From Nemertoderma westbladi (lineage: Eukaryota > Animalia > Xenacoelomorpha), in assembly GCA_032718475.1 (NCBI GenBank), contig JAUCBJ010005675.1, forward strand, positions 1 to 64,000: DNA of 64,000 bases, in the 5' to 3' direction. Below are positions 62,701-64,000 of the stretch, piece after piece. The notes under the pieces were generated by a model. That model saw only the letters and a program-made list of their open reading frames with translations, did not search any database and was not told where the DNA came from. The position numbers and the translations under genes are program-made. Each line of letters opens with the position of its first letter. Position 1 is the stretch's first letter.

Positions 62701-64000
62701 TGTCGATTGCAGTTTAGTAATATATATAGTGTAGTCAAAGATTAAGTTGGTTATGGCAACATGCTATAACCTGATTTCTTGCGTGCTAACATGACACGTT
62801 CGTGGGGACTTCGCGCAGCACGTAGTCGGCAAGCCTTGGCATACGGTTCATATAGAGCAAATGGGGCATGTCTAGTTTGGACCCCATATCCCATGCTATA
62901 AATGTATTCATTCGTTACATACAATCATATGTTAATCCGCTAGGTGGTGTCAAATTGTTATTCTGCAATTTCGTACTTACCAGTGCAGCACTGTATAGCA
63001 GTACCGTACCGGTAGGCCTATGTCATTACTTCTGAGTCTCTAGCGGATCCCCAATTAAATGTCTTAACTTTTCAATTTCGTAAAAGATAGACTTCATGAT
63101 TCTCTACCGGCCACCAAAATTTCAGCTCAGGAAAATGAGGCCTTCTCGAGAAATTTAACATTTTCTAAAAACCACATAATCTGTCGTAGCTGACGTCAGA
63201 CTGCATGATTTTTCACCAAACTTTACAAACTTTCTAAACTTTCTCTCTACTACTTACCTACTAAGTTTGGTTCAATTCCGAACCAGCAATGCCGAGATAT
63301 TCGCGTTCAAACATTTACCAGACGGACGGACAGACAGACAGACGGACATGCCCCATTTGCCCTATATGAACCGTATGCCAAGGCTCCCTTTACACTACAT
63401 CGCGCCTATGCCTCATTCGCCGGCCAATAAACACACCAGTACTGCAATCCTGCAAAGTGTTTATCACACGCCATTATGTATAGTTATTCACATATTTGTG
63501 TGTAAAGTATGTAAAGAGGATTATTGCATATTACAAAAATATATTTTGATGGAATTTCATAAAATGTCTTAAAAACTGGAATTAAGTTTAAAACATTTCT
63601 TCGACCGAATTAAAAGTTATTAAATTTTAGTGTTTTTCATGTAAATAATATTGGTTGAGAAAAACGATATTTGAAATAATAAGTAATTTGGTAATTGAAC
63701 CTGTGTATCTGTTATAGCAACTATACCGTCGAGTGGTAACAAAATAAACAGACAAGTCACTATTATATGATGTAATTACACAGTTCCGTAATGTGCTATG
63801 CAACAACGCGTTGTTCATATAGTCACGGTGTTAAGTTGTTAAGGTGTTACTTGGAATTTTGTAATAGAAATATTTCCACGCAATTACAAAAATGAATTAA
63901 TTTTTGTAAAGACACATACGTTTGCTCGGTGTTCCAAGTAAATACGAGCGATTGTACCAAAACTGACGAAACCAGTTTGCCATATGAGAAATCTTTCCAA

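Overview
AT-rich invertebrate (metazoan) nuclear DNA, dominated by nested mobile elements. From left to right: (1) an unidentified ORF with a possible LTR; (2) a decayed Polinton/Maverick (adintovirus-like) morphogenesis block on the minus strand, with a packaging ATPase, a core-like protein, an integrase and two penton-like genes; (3) a broken intronless Pro/Gln-repeat gene with several cold-shock domains; (4) LINE fragments; (5) a 43-bp satellite carrying a full-length 13.3-kb BEL/Pao LTR retrotransposon (17235-30557, TSD GAAGG) and, at its edge, a Penelope-like element with minimal hammerhead ribozymes, itself interrupted by a deleted P-like transposon; (6) a 3-exon Msxlx-type homeobox gene; (7) the last three exons of a RIM/RIMS gene and two minisatellites. 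The best candidate for an undescribed system is the BEL/Pao element. In the env position it encodes a DnaQ-like 3'-5' exonuclease-fold plus zinc-knuckle protein. It also carries two independent arrays of modular RNA hairpins showing compensatory base changes: kink-turn/UUCG hairpins in the LTR, and a symmetric A-B-B(A)-B-A module array between pol and the accessory gene. All calls were made by eye, without database searches or folding software.
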